Assembly (NCBI GenBank): GCA_045613785.1
Contig: JAZLBQ010000012.1
Location: 32,099-96,098 of the forward strand
Direction of reading: 5' to 3'
DNA length: 64,000 nt
Origin: Candidatus Enterousia sp.
Lineage (GTDB): Bacteria > Pseudomonadota > Alphaproteobacteria > Rs-D84
Shown: positions 1 to 10,585 of the stretch, piece by piece
Numbering within the stretch: the stretch's first letter is position 1
How the letters are laid out: every line of letters begins with the position of its first letter
Position numbers and translations under genes: made by a program
The notes under the pieces: model-generated
Databases searched by the model: none
Seen by the model: the letters and a program-made list of their open reading frames with translations, nothing else
Told to the model about the DNA's origin: nothing

Positions 1-67
1 CCAGCAATATGCCCAAGAAATGTTGGCAGAATTCCGTCGTTTCCAGGGGCTGGACAAAACAAGATAA
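1..67 (+). CDS. 3' end of an upstream gene (partial, ...QQYAQEMLAEFRRFQGLDKTR*)
   Basis: Open frame from the window edge to TAA at 65-67. Too short to assign a family. Confidence 0.4.
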   Translation, partial: QQYAQEMLAEFRRFQGLDKTR

Positions 68-1544
<1,477 letters not shown>

Positions 1545-1608
1545 TATATTGCAATTTATTGTCTTATTCGTCTAAACTCCTTTTATACACTGTAAAGGAG
1601 TTTTTTTT

Positions 1609-2640
1609 ATGGCCAAGTCAAAGAAAGGAATCGAAGTAATCGATATGGGCGGTGTCAAGACCGTAAAAAAGAAACAGTCTGTTATTACCTGGACTAAACG
1701 TGTAATAGCGATTGTGACAATTATTTGGTTTGCCATTGTTGGCTATGTTCCCCTGCATATCAAGAATACATATTCGCAACCGATAAAGAAATCGATTGTT
1801 GTATCAATGTTCTTTGACCTGCAAAAGGGGATAGTAAAGCAGTATGAAGCGTTATTAAAGGGCGTTGCAGATTCTGTAAATCTAGAAAAACCAATCGCAG
1901 TTGCGATTGATGGTGTAAAGTTAGTTGAAAAGGGCGTGGACAAGGTCACAGACGCAACCGCCCAAGCCAAAGAAACAACGGCCAAGGCAACAGATGCAAC
2001 ATCCGATGCACGTGAAAAGACGTCTGGTGTAAAGAAGTTGACTGGTTTTGCAAAAATGCTTGGTGTAAAAACGGACGGTGTTGACAAGGCGGTAAATGAA
2101 GTGGACAAAGGTCTGGACAAGGCAGATTCAGCAATCGCCCAGGCGAACACAGCCATAAACAAGGTAGATGATACAGTGGCACGTGTAAATGCACAACTGG
2201 ACAAGGTCAAAGGTGATTTGACTCGTGTTGCCCAAACCGAAGTTGATAAGATGCTTGATTCTGCGATAAAAACGGCACTGGATAAACAGTCTGGTGGTCT
2301 TGGGACGACATTATTGACTAACTATGGTATTGATCATGTTTATCCATGGCGTCCATCTAGCTGGCCAGTTGCGACCAAGATTTATAATGATTTGGCACAA
2401 TCTGATGTAACGACTATAACAGTTATAACGAACACGGTTGATAAATATTTCGGTTATGTTGCGTGGGGATTGGTATTTGCCGCTTGGGCATTGGGCCTGT
2501 ATATCTGGTCATTGTTCTTTAAAAAGGCCAAAGCGATATTAAAGCCATTTAATGTATGTCCACGTTGTGGTCATACCTATGCAGATAAACGGACTGCGCT
2601 GGGATTGTTAAAAGTGTTTCAGCCATGGCAATGGTTCTAA
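1609..2640 (+). CDS. hypothetical bitopic membrane protein with long Asp/Lys/Ala/Thr-rich coiled-coil region and C-terminal CPRCGH motif
   Basis: 343-aa ORF with SD-like AAGGAG upstream. It has two hydrophobic segments and a low-complexity VDK/TDA repeat region. A terminator follows. Confidence 0.7.
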   Translation: MAKSKKGIEVIDMGGVKTVKKKQSVITWTKRVIAIVTIIWFAIVGYVPLHIKNTYSQPIKKSIVVSMFFDLQKGIVKQYEALLKGVADSVNLEKPIAVAIDGVKLVEKGVDKVTDATAQAKETTAKATDATSDAREKTSGVKKLTGFAKMLGVKTDGVDKAVNEVDKGLDKADSAIAQANTAINKVDDTVARVNAQLDKVKGDLTRVAQTEVDKMLDSAIKTALDKQSGGLGTTLLTNYGIDHVYPWRPSSWPVATKIYNDLAQSDVTTITVITNTVDKYFGYVAWGLVFAAWALGLYIWSLFFKKAKAILKPFNVCPRCGHTYADKRTALGLLKVFQPWQWF

Positions 2641-2651
2641 TAAATACGTAA

Positions 2652-2687
2652 AAAGCCCTGGAAAACAGGGCTTTAAATTTTTTTGTA
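2652..2687 (+). terminator. rho-independent terminator
   Basis: AAAGCCCTG-gaaaa-CAGGGCTTT hairpin followed by a T-run. Confidence 0.75.
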
Positions 2688-2736
2688 AAAAACACTTGCA
2701 TTAGTATAAAATATATGTCATTATATACGACGCAAT

Positions 2737-2813
2737 GCGAGCGTAGCTCAGTTGGCTAGAGCGCAACCTTGCCAAGGTTGAGGTCGAGGGTTCGAGCCCC
2801 TTTGCTCGCACCA
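2737..2813 (+). tRNA. tRNA-Gly (anticodon GCC), CCA encoded
   Basis: Manual cloverleaf: acceptor GCGAGCG/TGCTCGC, anticodon loop TTGCCAA, T-loop GGTTCGAGCCC, 3' ACCA. Confidence 0.9.
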
Positions 2814-2823
2814 AAATTTTAAA

Positions 2824-2848
2824 AACCGTCCGTCAGGGCGGTTTTTTG
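2824..2848 (+). terminator. rho-independent terminator after tRNA-Gly
   Basis: ACCGTCC-gtca-GGGCGGT hairpin followed by TTTTTTG. Confidence 0.7.
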
Positions 2849-3037
2849 ATTTTGTCGTGCCAAGGGGCGAGTTGCGAGACGAGAAAATATCAGAAACACA
2901 AGATGTTTTTAATGAATTGTACGAGTTTTACATAAGGTCATATGAAATTCAGTTTTTAGGTCGGTGTGATATTCTGAATAAAAAAGTAGTTTATTTTTTT
3001 TGAGATGTAGTTATAATCTACCCAGAATGGAAAGGAT

Positions 3038-4540
3038 GTGTTGCAAATGCTAGAAAATAAAAATACGCAGAGTAAAAAATACATATTAGGACAATTTTTT
3101 ACTGCACCCCATATTTGTGAAGACATCATCAAAGACATTGTAGTAGAGCCAAATGATATCATTATAGAACCGTCTTTTGGGAGTGGGAATTTTTTAGTTG
3201 CGTTAAAAAAAATCCAAAATAAAAAAATAGGAATAGAACTAGACCGTGATATTTTTGATGAAAAGCTAGTCGATGAAAACACAACGCTTTTAAACAAGAA
3301 TTTTTATGATTTTGATATAAAAACAAACAGCAAATTGATTTTTGTTGGGAATCCTCCATACAGAACGCCGGCACATTCATTAACAACCCACAAGAATTTT
3401 GTTTTAGGTTTAACAAAAAAATACCATATCCCTGGAATTCGTGAGGAAGCAGTATTTTTTATATTGCATACGATTGATATAATAAACAAAAACGGTGGAA
3501 ATGGGGAAATACACTATATTTTACCAACATCGATATTAAAAAACAATTCAAAGTTTTTTAACAGATTCAAGGAATTCCTAAAAAAACAGTGCGATTTTAT
3601 TCGGATTAAATCCATAAAGGGTGCAGAATTTGATGGGGTTGCCCAAGATTTAGTCTGTTTGTCATTGAAAGTCATACAAAATCAGAATGATTTTTTTAAA
3701 GTGCCGCAAACAGAACAATCACAAAAATACGTATTGGTTGATGATGAATATGTTAACTTAGACGAATATCTTTGTCTAACTTCGGAAGATTCAATACCGT
3801 TTCAAAAAATATTCAAGCAAACATTTTTAGGGTCTGTTCCCTGTGAGAGTTTGCTTATGTCCGTAAAAAATGAACCAGTTGAACATTTTATGCATAGATT
3901 GACAGATATTATCGCTGATTCATGCATAAGCACCGATATTTTATATAACAAATTGCAATATAATAAAAAATTTCATTTAAAGGTTTTTGATAATCCAACA
4001 GATAGTTCAGTCGTTCAAAAAAAATTAGACATAATACTGTCTTATGTAAAAAATATTCAGCAGAAAAACATATTGGACGAATTTATGAATATCAACAATT
4101 ATAAAGAAATCAACGTCAGAGATGGTGTTCGTTTTTATTTTAGATGCGAAAAATTGAAAAAGAAAAAAAATTTTGTATATGAAATAAATCCAAATCCCTG
4201 TAAATCATTTTATTTTACGGGTAACCCTTCTCATAGTTCAACAGATTATTTTGGTTTTTGTAATTATGATATCAATAGAAACGTTTCGCCAGGTGCAAAC
4301 AGAACGGTGCCTGTTGATAATTTGGAAGACAATTTGACAGACTACTTTAAAAAGTGGTGGCGTTCAAATACAACAGAACCATATGATGAAATTTTTAATT
4401 ACATAATATATGTATCAAAGACGAATTGGTATAAAAAGAAAAAAAGGGACAACAAACGTTTTTATTTTGCTATCCCAATAGAATTTATACCTGTCTCAGA
4501 ACGGAAGCAGTCTGAATTTAGTCAGGAAGTGTCCAGTTGA
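3038..4540 (+). CDS. type II N6-adenine DNA methyltransferase (gamma class, TaqI/Eco57I-like) with large C-terminal target-recognition region
   Basis: Motif order is X-I-IV: LGQFFTAPHI, IIEPSFGSGNF (FxGxG), FVGNPPY (NPPY). The coding sequence is very AT-rich. An alternative start is the ATG at 3047. Confidence 0.85.
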   Translation: MLQMLENKNTQSKKYILGQFFTAPHICEDIIKDIVVEPNDIIIEPSFGSGNFLVALKKIQNKKIGIELDRDIFDEKLVDENTTLLNKNFYDFDIKTNSKLIFVGNPPYRTPAHSLTTHKNFVLGLTKKYHIPGIREEAVFFILHTIDIINKNGGNGEIHYILPTSILKNNSKFFNRFKEFLKKQCDFIRIKSIKGAEFDGVAQDLVCLSLKVIQNQNDFFKVPQTEQSQKYVLVDDEYVNLDEYLCLTSEDSIPFQKIFKQTFLGSVPCESLLMSVKNEPVEHFMHRLTDIIADSCISTDILYNKLQYNKKFHLKVFDNPTDSSVVQKKLDIILSYVKNIQQKNILDEFMNINNYKEINVRDGVRFYFRCEKLKKKKNFVYEINPNPCKSFYFTGNPSHSSTDYFGFCNYDINRNVSPGANRTVPVDNLEDNLTDYFKKWWRSNTTEPYDEIFNYIIYVSKTNWYKKKKRDNKRFYFAIPIEFIPVSERKQSEFSQEVSS

Positions 4541-5213
4541 TTTTATCCAGTTTTTGTCTAACAATTTCGCTTAATTTTGCAAAAGAATAATGGTTTTTAA
4601 GGGGGTGCGAATATCCCTCTGCTACCTCAAAATATTCTGCGTATCGCATAATTTGACCGATATTTGCTTGCCCTTCAGTTTTATGAGATCTATGTTGTGC
4701 GGACAGCAGTATTTTGCCGGGTTCCTTATTTTCTTTTTTGGGGGTTCTGCTGAACATTTTAGACGGGATTATGAAAAGTCTTTCTGAATTTCCGTATAAT
4801 ATGTGAAAAATAAACCAGTCACATTCTGACGGTTTTACCTGCTGAAAAGAACCAGATAAATGTCTGGCTGTTTTCTGGTTAAGATTTAAAATTCTTGCAC
4901 CGATATAATCATTTGAAGCCCCGGAAATTGCTTTTAACGATTTTATCTCTATCCTTTCGCCAGAATTTGCGTCTGCATCATATTCTGAACCACCCTGATG
5001 TTTTTTTAAATCAACAAATGTGTCGATTATTTCATCTTGGATTCTCAAGCCATAGCTTTGTCCGGTTCCTGTTATAAACCAATCATAGTTTGGAAATTTT
5101 TTTAACATTCTGTCTTTATGTTGTTCTATTGCTTGAATTACAATATCTAGCTTAGATTCAGGTAAAAGTGAATTTTCTTTTATTTCATGTAAGGCAAATT
5201 CTAGTTCTGTCAT
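4518..5213 (-). CDS. putative PD-(D/E)xK restriction endonuclease partner of the methyltransferase
   Basis: 231-aa ORF convergent with the MTase and overlapping it by 23 nt. It has a candidate catalytic YDAD...GERIEIKS (D...ExK) motif. There is no other recognisable family. Confidence 0.5.
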   Translation of the reverse strand: MTELEFALHEIKENSLLPESKLDIVIQAIEQHKDRMLKKFPNYDWFITGTGQSYGLRIQDEIIDTFVDLKKHQGGSEYDADANSGERIEIKSLKAISGASNDYIGARILNLNQKTARHLSGSFQQVKPSECDWFIFHILYGNSERLFIIPSKMFSRTPKKENKEPGKILLSAQHRSHKTEGQANIGQIMRYAEYFEVAEGYSHPLKNHYSFAKLSEIVRQKLDKINWTLPD

Positions 5214-5240
5214 ATGTGCTCCTTTTGTGCTTTATATTTT

Positions 5241-6332
5241 TTATCTTTGTAATTGATTTCTGTTCGGCAACAGTTTTTTTATTCCTTTTTCTATGCGTTT
5301 TATATTGTCAGGATTGCAAACACAACCTTCGCAACTGTTGTCCGAGCAAAAGTCGCAGCCAACTGGAAAGTATTTTAAATGACTGCTTACAGCATCGTGC
5401 CTCATCGTGCCGAATTCATGCATGTATTTCTGGTATATTGGTGCATATTGTGGATACTTTATCACTGCCATCAGAAAACTGCCATAGTTCTGCACCAATG
5501 CTGCAGAATATCTGTGGCGTGCCTTACTTGAAGACATAACGTTTGCATAGTCAGTCAGCGACCCGGAACGTCTATTATATAAATATATGCTATCACGAAC
5601 GGTTGAAATTGTGTTTGCGTGCAATACTGCCAGTGAACAAAACAAGATATCTTCATCCAGTGGCATATCGATTTCAAATTGCAGTTTATGGTGTTTCAGA
5701 AAATCACGTCGATAAATTGCAAAGTTTGCACTTTCACGATCAAAAGACTGTAAAACGATGATGTTTTTGTCGTTTATTTTTGTGCCAAAAGTTCGGTCTT
5801 GGTTATATGTCAGGGCTGTAATAGTTGATGTTTGATTTTGTATTGCAACCTTGCCACCCATAACGATTTCTGCTTTGTTTCTTTTTGCGGCGTCAATCAT
5901 TCGTGTAAAATAATTTTTGTCGCCCAACAGTTGGTTTGGGAATCCTTCTTTGACCTGACCTTTTTGATATATCATATTTCCGTGCTTTGGATCGTCAATA
6001 ATTTTTTCAATAAACGGGGCAATCTTCTTAAAATTTACCCCAATCATATCATCTGCGTCGATAAAGCTGATAAACTCGCCACAAGCCATTTCCATGCCAC
6101 GGTTGCGTGCCGCAGACACTCCCAGATTTCGTTGGCATGCTAACTCAATATTGTTATGTTTGATTGAATATTCCTGGACGATGCTTAGTCCATTATCAGT
6201 TGAGCCGTCATCGATAACAATTACTTGAAAGTTAGGGAATCCATTTTGCACGACGATACTGTCCAGGCATTGTTGAATATACTGGGCAGTGTTATGCATT
6301 GGTATAATAATCGACAGATACGGATTCTTCAT
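5241..6332 (-). CDS. family 2 glycosyltransferase with Cys-rich C-terminal tail
   Basis: N-terminus LSIIIPMHNTAQYIQQCLDSIVVQ...VIVIDDGSTDN and the DAD motif (FIDADD) are typical of GT2. The C-terminus is CDFCSDNSCEGCVC. Confidence 0.85.
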   Translation of the reverse strand: MKNPYLSIIIPMHNTAQYIQQCLDSIVVQNGFPNFQVIVIDDGSTDNGLSIVQEYSIKHNNIELACQRNLGVSAARNRGMEMACGEFISFIDADDMIGVNFKKIAPFIEKIIDDPKHGNMIYQKGQVKEGFPNQLLGDKNYFTRMIDAAKRNKAEIVMGGKVAIQNQTSTITALTYNQDRTFGTKINDKNIIVLQSFDRESANFAIYRRDFLKHHKLQFEIDMPLDEDILFCSLAVLHANTISTVRDSIYLYNRRSGSLTDYANVMSSSKARHRYSAALVQNYGSFLMAVIKYPQYAPIYQKYMHEFGTMRHDAVSSHLKYFPVGCDFCSDNSCEGCVCNPDNIKRIEKGIKKLLPNRNQLQR

Positions 6333-6569
6333 ACTATAAATGTAGTATAAAATAGTGATTTGTCAATATTTTTTGGGTTTATATATATTTTTCTTTACTT
6401 TTTTGAAAATATATATAATAATCCAAGGCAACAAGATAAAGCACAGTAATGAATTATACATCTAAACGTTTTAACTAGGCAAGGTGCGACCAACAGATTT
6501 AACAAACTGCGGGCGCACTTTTCTGCGTCCGTTTTTTTAATAATTCAACAACCCAAGGGAAAAAATAAA

Positions 6570-8045
6570 ATGTCAGAAAATACAACGAATACAGCGATTT
6601 CAACAAATGAACTAACGGCACGTCTGCAAAAGGCTGAAAATATCCGTGCACGTGACGGTGTTGTATGGAAAGACAAGTTTGACCGCACGCACACAATTGC
6701 GTCAGCTCGTGAATTGTCGGACGGCATGCCTGTAAAGTTGGCTGGTCGTGTAACTGCCTTGCGTTGGCTGGGCAAACTGATGTTTGGTCGCATTTATGAT
6801 ATTGATGGTGAAATTCAGTTTTCTATGTCCCGTGAAGAACTGGGTGAAGAAGTTTACAAGTTTATGAAGGCAAACGTTGACTTGGGTGATTTTATTGGCA
6901 TCACAGGTGAATTGTATCACACAACTGCTGGTGAATTGACAGTCAAGGTATCTGCGTATGATATTTTGTCCAAGGCCTTGCGTCCTTTGCCTGAAAAGTT
7001 CCATGGCTTGACAGATATGGAAACACGTTATCGTCAGCGTTATCTGGACATTATTGCAAATCCAGAAACACGTCGTGTAATGAAGATGCGTTTTCAAATG
7101 TTGCGTTTAATCCGTGAATATTTGAACAATAATGGCTTTACAGAGGTGGAAACACCAATTATGCAGGTTGTGGCCAGTGGTGCGGCGGCTCGTCCGTTTA
7201 TCACACACCATAACGCATTAGACGCTGATTTTTATTTGCGTATTGCTCCAGAATTATTCTTGAAACAGACAATTGCGGCTGGTTTTGACCGTGTTTATGA
7301 ATTGGGCAAGAACTTCCGCAACGAAGGTATGGACGCAATGCACCTGCAAGAATTTACAATGTTGGAATGGTATGCAGCATATTGGGATTATCATCGCAAC
7401 ATTGATTTTTCGTGGGCTATGATTCAGAAAATCCTGATGAAATTGCGTGGCACATTGCAGATTGAATATCAGGGAACTCAGTTAGATTTCTCGAAATACG
7501 AAGAAATCGACTATACTGCCCGTATGAATGATTTGCTGGGGGTTGATATTCTGGAATTCAAGGACACAGATGCATTGAAATCGCAATTGGTTGCCCAGGG
7601 TATGTTCCCAGCAGATGAACTAGAACCATTAAAGTCAGTTCCTGCAATTGTTGACTATGTTTTCAAACGCAAGATTCGTGATCAAATTGTTCAACCTGCG
7701 ATTGTTCACAATTATCCAGCGTATTTGATACCTTTGGCACGTCGTAACAATGATGACAGCCGACGTATCGACATATTCCAGTTGATTGTATGCGGTGCGG
7801 AACTGATAAAGGCGTATTCTGAATTAGTTGATCCAATTGTTCAACGTGCTGCGTTCGAAGAACAGGCCGCCAACAAGGCCGCTGGTGATGACGAAGCCTT
7901 TGATTTGGACGAAGACTTCCTGCGTGCAATGGAACATGGTATGCCACCAATTTCTGGTTTAGGTTTGGGAATCGACAGATTCTTTTCAATTATCGCAGAC
8001 CAACCAACATTGCGTGACGTGATACTATTTCCGATAATGAAGTGA
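6570..8045 (+). CDS. lysS: lysine--tRNA ligase (class II)
   Basis: 491-aa ORF with an OB anticodon-binding N-terminus and class II motifs (FRNEG, the GxGxGxDR-like GLGLGIDR). Confidence 0.97.
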   Translation: MSENTTNTAISTNELTARLQKAENIRARDGVVWKDKFDRTHTIASARELSDGMPVKLAGRVTALRWLGKLMFGRIYDIDGEIQFSMSREELGEEVYKFMKANVDLGDFIGITGELYHTTAGELTVKVSAYDILSKALRPLPEKFHGLTDMETRYRQRYLDIIANPETRRVMKMRFQMLRLIREYLNNNGFTEVETPIMQVVASGAAARPFITHHNALDADFYLRIAPELFLKQTIAAGFDRVYELGKNFRNEGMDAMHLQEFTMLEWYAAYWDYHRNIDFSWAMIQKILMKLRGTLQIEYQGTQLDFSKYEEIDYTARMNDLLGVDILEFKDTDALKSQLVAQGMFPADELEPLKSVPAIVDYVFKRKIRDQIVQPAIVHNYPAYLIPLARRNNDDSRRIDIFQLIVCGAELIKAYSELVDPIVQRAAFEEQAANKAAGDDEAFDLDEDFLRAMEHGMPPISGLGLGIDRFFSIIADQPTLRDVILFPIMK

Positions 8046-8063
8046 TGAACCAAGGGGGACAAA

Positions 8064-9464
8064 ATGTCGCAAATAGGCATTGATACTCTGGCCCAAGATA
8101 TGGCCGCTGATAACGACAGACGGAATCTGGCGGCGATTGATCGTGCCTTGGCCGAAGGTCGTATAAACGAAGAAGCGGCTGCTCATCTGAAAGTTCTTTA
8201 TTCGGATAGTATGCATTGGTTTCAAGAAGTGTTTTATGTCCTGGGAAAATGTTTTGGTGCTCCCAAGACGGCGGTTATGCGTTATGACTATGAAACAGAT
8301 CAGGCCATCGAAGAGCCTATATCAATATCTGATATAAATCCATTGTCGCCGTATATTGTTCATCATCGCCTGGACAATGATCCGATGCGTAATCAGTTTT
8401 TTGCTAGTTCTGCCGGCCACAAAATTGATTTGGCGGTATCTTCGATTGTTACGGTTATTGTTGGGGCACAAAAGAACATCAATCGTGCTTTGACCAAGGT
8501 AACAGGTAAATACTATGTGTCCTATGTGAACGAGGTTGCCGATACTGTCTATCGTGTGATTGCATCGCACGAACGTGAAGCATCTGCCCGTGCTATTGCA
8601 ATCAAAATTCGTGAACGTCTTAGCCAGCGTTATATTTCTACGCCGTCTGAAACAGTGCTGTCTATCATTGGGTCTGGACATGAAAAGATTGCGGTTGACC
8701 TGGTTCGTGCCTTGGACAAGGTTGAACGTCCACGCATGCGTTTGCAGGATGTTTGGCGTGTAAAGTGCTTGTTTGATTTGATTCCTCAGGCTCGAACATT
8801 TATCGAACGGCTGCAAGCAATGATGCCCGAACGCATTTTGTCTGTGCGTGACAGTTTTTATAACATGAAAAATCCACGCAATTATCGTGATGCCAAGATA
8901 ATATTAAATATTGGTCCAAGTCCAGAAACGATAATTCCAATGGAGATTATATGTCAGGTTCGCACATTTTTTGGCTTTGAAAGTAAAACACATGATGTTT
9001 ACGAAGTCGCACGTAAAAAGAAATGCACCCGTTCTGATAATATGGAGGCCAAACTGGCTCTATTCTACGAGCAAGGCGTCAAAGAATACAATCGTATGAT
9101 ATGCGATTGCTTGTCTGACTTGTTCGACAGGGTGGGGTGGAATTTGTTATATTCTCAGGGTGATTCCGTTGCTATGTTCGAAGGCTTTCCACGTGAATGT
9201 AAACTATATTATCCACAAAAGATTTTGGATAATATAAATGAAAAACTGGACGATGCGATTGAGAACGAGGTTTTTCGCATTACAAATGCACCTGTAAAAC
9301 TGTCCAGGGTTCAAGAAGCCCAAATCTTCCACTTTATGGCACGTTTTGTTTTGGTTTCTGCGATGCCGTATATGCAGCGTGATTGGGCGATGCCTACTAC
9401 AACGCAGGCGGGCAAATTATTTAACTTTGTTATGACGGAAATTCAGCGTTATTACAAAAAGTAA
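8064..9464 (+). CDS. orphan protein with divergent RelA/SpoT-like (RSH synthetase / nucleotidyltransferase) motifs
   Basis: It starts 19 nt after lysS. Ordered motifs are DVWRVKCL, RDSFYNMKNPRNYRDAKI and MEIICQVRT...HDVYEVARK, resembling the RSH synthetase core. The assignment is by eye only. Confidence 0.45.
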   Translation: MSQIGIDTLAQDMAADNDRRNLAAIDRALAEGRINEEAAAHLKVLYSDSMHWFQEVFYVLGKCFGAPKTAVMRYDYETDQAIEEPISISDINPLSPYIVHHRLDNDPMRNQFFASSAGHKIDLAVSSIVTVIVGAQKNINRALTKVTGKYYVSYVNEVADTVYRVIASHEREASARAIAIKIRERLSQRYISTPSETVLSIIGSGHEKIAVDLVRALDKVERPRMRLQDVWRVKCLFDLIPQARTFIERLQAMMPERILSVRDSFYNMKNPRNYRDAKIILNIGPSPETIIPMEIICQVRTFFGFESKTHDVYEVARKKKCTRSDNMEAKLALFYEQGVKEYNRMICDCLSDLFDRVGWNLLYSQGDSVAMFEGFPRECKLYYPQKILDNINEKLDDAIENEVFRITNAPVKLSRVQEAQIFHFMARFVLVSAMPYMQRDWAMPTTTQAGKLFNFVMTEIQRYYKK

Positions 9465-9597
9465 TCTGTATTTTAAGTCCCCCAGATTCTTGGGGGATTT
9501 TTATTCCCCTTGCTTTCAAGCATAAAAAATGTCAAAATAATAGCAGGTTCTGAATGTGCTTCGCAGAACCATAACAGCATAAGGAAAGGATAGGATT

Positions 9598-9939
9598 ATG
9601 CGTCAAGGAAAAGTAAGATGGTATAACGGAAAAAAGTGTTTTGGTTTTATTATGCCTGACACACCAAACGCAGACGGCAACACAGACGATGTATTTGTTC
9701 ATTCCAGTTCATTAAAGGCTGCCGGCATCAGATTTTTGAACGAAAACGACATTGTCGAATTTGAAGAAGAAGTTCGTAATGGTAAATTATCTGCAACAAC
9801 CATTGCCGTTGTTCAACGTGATGAAGAATCTGCCCGTCGTTTCCAAGAGCGTCGTGCCGAACGTCGTCGTGCTGTTGAAGAACGCAAACAGCGTGAAGAT
9901 AAATCCAGCCGTCGTGGTTTTGCATTTTGGAAAAAATAA
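9598..9939 (+). CDS. cold-shock domain protein with Arg/Glu-rich C-terminal extension
   Basis: GKVRWYNGKKCFGFI (RNP1-like) and DVFVH (RNP2) are present, followed by a roughly 45-aa basic tail. Confidence 0.9.
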   Translation: MRQGKVRWYNGKKCFGFIMPDTPNADGNTDDVFVHSSSLKAAGIRFLNENDIVEFEEEVRNGKLSATTIAVVQRDEESARRFQERRAERRRAVEERKQREDKSSRRGFAFWKK

Positions 9940-9952
9940 TTTTCACATTTCA

Positions 9953-9982
9953 AAAAAGCACCCCGATTGGGGTGTTTTTTTA
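9953..9982 (+). terminator. rho-independent terminator
   Basis: CACCCC-gatt-GGGGTG hairpin followed by a T-run. Confidence 0.8.
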
Positions 9983-10044
9983 TTTGAAATGATTGCAAAC
10001 AATAAAAACAAAATATAAAATAATAAAAAAAGGAGTTTGAAATT

Positions 10045-10584
10045 ATGTGGACATCAATTGCAGTTATTGCCATTATTGTTTTGTATTTTATTGCTGTTTA
10101 CAATGGGTTGGTTGCCCGTCGTAATCAGGCACGTGAAGCCTGGGCAACGATTGATACTCAGTTAAAACGTCGCTATGACCTGATTCCAAATTTGGTTGAA
10201 ACTGTTCGTGGTGCGGCCAAGCATGAATCAGAAACGTTGTCAGCGGTAACGACTGCCCGTAATGCGGCGATGGCGGCAAACGGTCCAACATCTGGCGATG
10301 CTCAGAATAAATTGACTCAAACATTAAAGAGCCTATTTGCAGTTGCAGAAAGTTATCCTGATTTAAAGGCGAATGAAAACTTCTTGGAATTACAGCGTGA
10401 ATTGACGGACACAGAAACCAAGATTCAGGCGGCACGTCAGTTTTATAACACGGTTGTGATGGCGTTGAATACTCAGATTGAACAGTTTCCGTCAAATATA
10501 GTTGCACGTATGTTCGGTATTTTGCCTGAAAAAATGTTTGAAATTGAAGAATCAGAAAAGATTGCACCAAAGGTAAAGTTCTAA
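10045..10584 (+). CDS. LemA family membrane protein
   Basis: N-terminal TM segment, then YNGLVARRNQAREAWATIDTQLKRRYDLIPNLV, which is typical of LemA. Confidence 0.9.
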   Translation: MWTSIAVIAIIVLYFIAVYNGLVARRNQAREAWATIDTQLKRRYDLIPNLVETVRGAAKHESETLSAVTTARNAAMAANGPTSGDAQNKLTQTLKSLFAVAESYPDLKANENFLELQRELTDTETKIQAARQFYNTVVMALNTQIEQFPSNIVARMFGILPEKMFEIEESEKIAPKVKF

Positions 10585-10585
10585 T

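Noticed and set aside
8322-8816. 164-aa minus-strand ORF, and similar antisense ORFs inside alaS, lon, tsaB, LemA, rnj and accDA.
   Set aside because: All lie inside confidently identified genes on the opposite strand and have no motifs or SD sequences.
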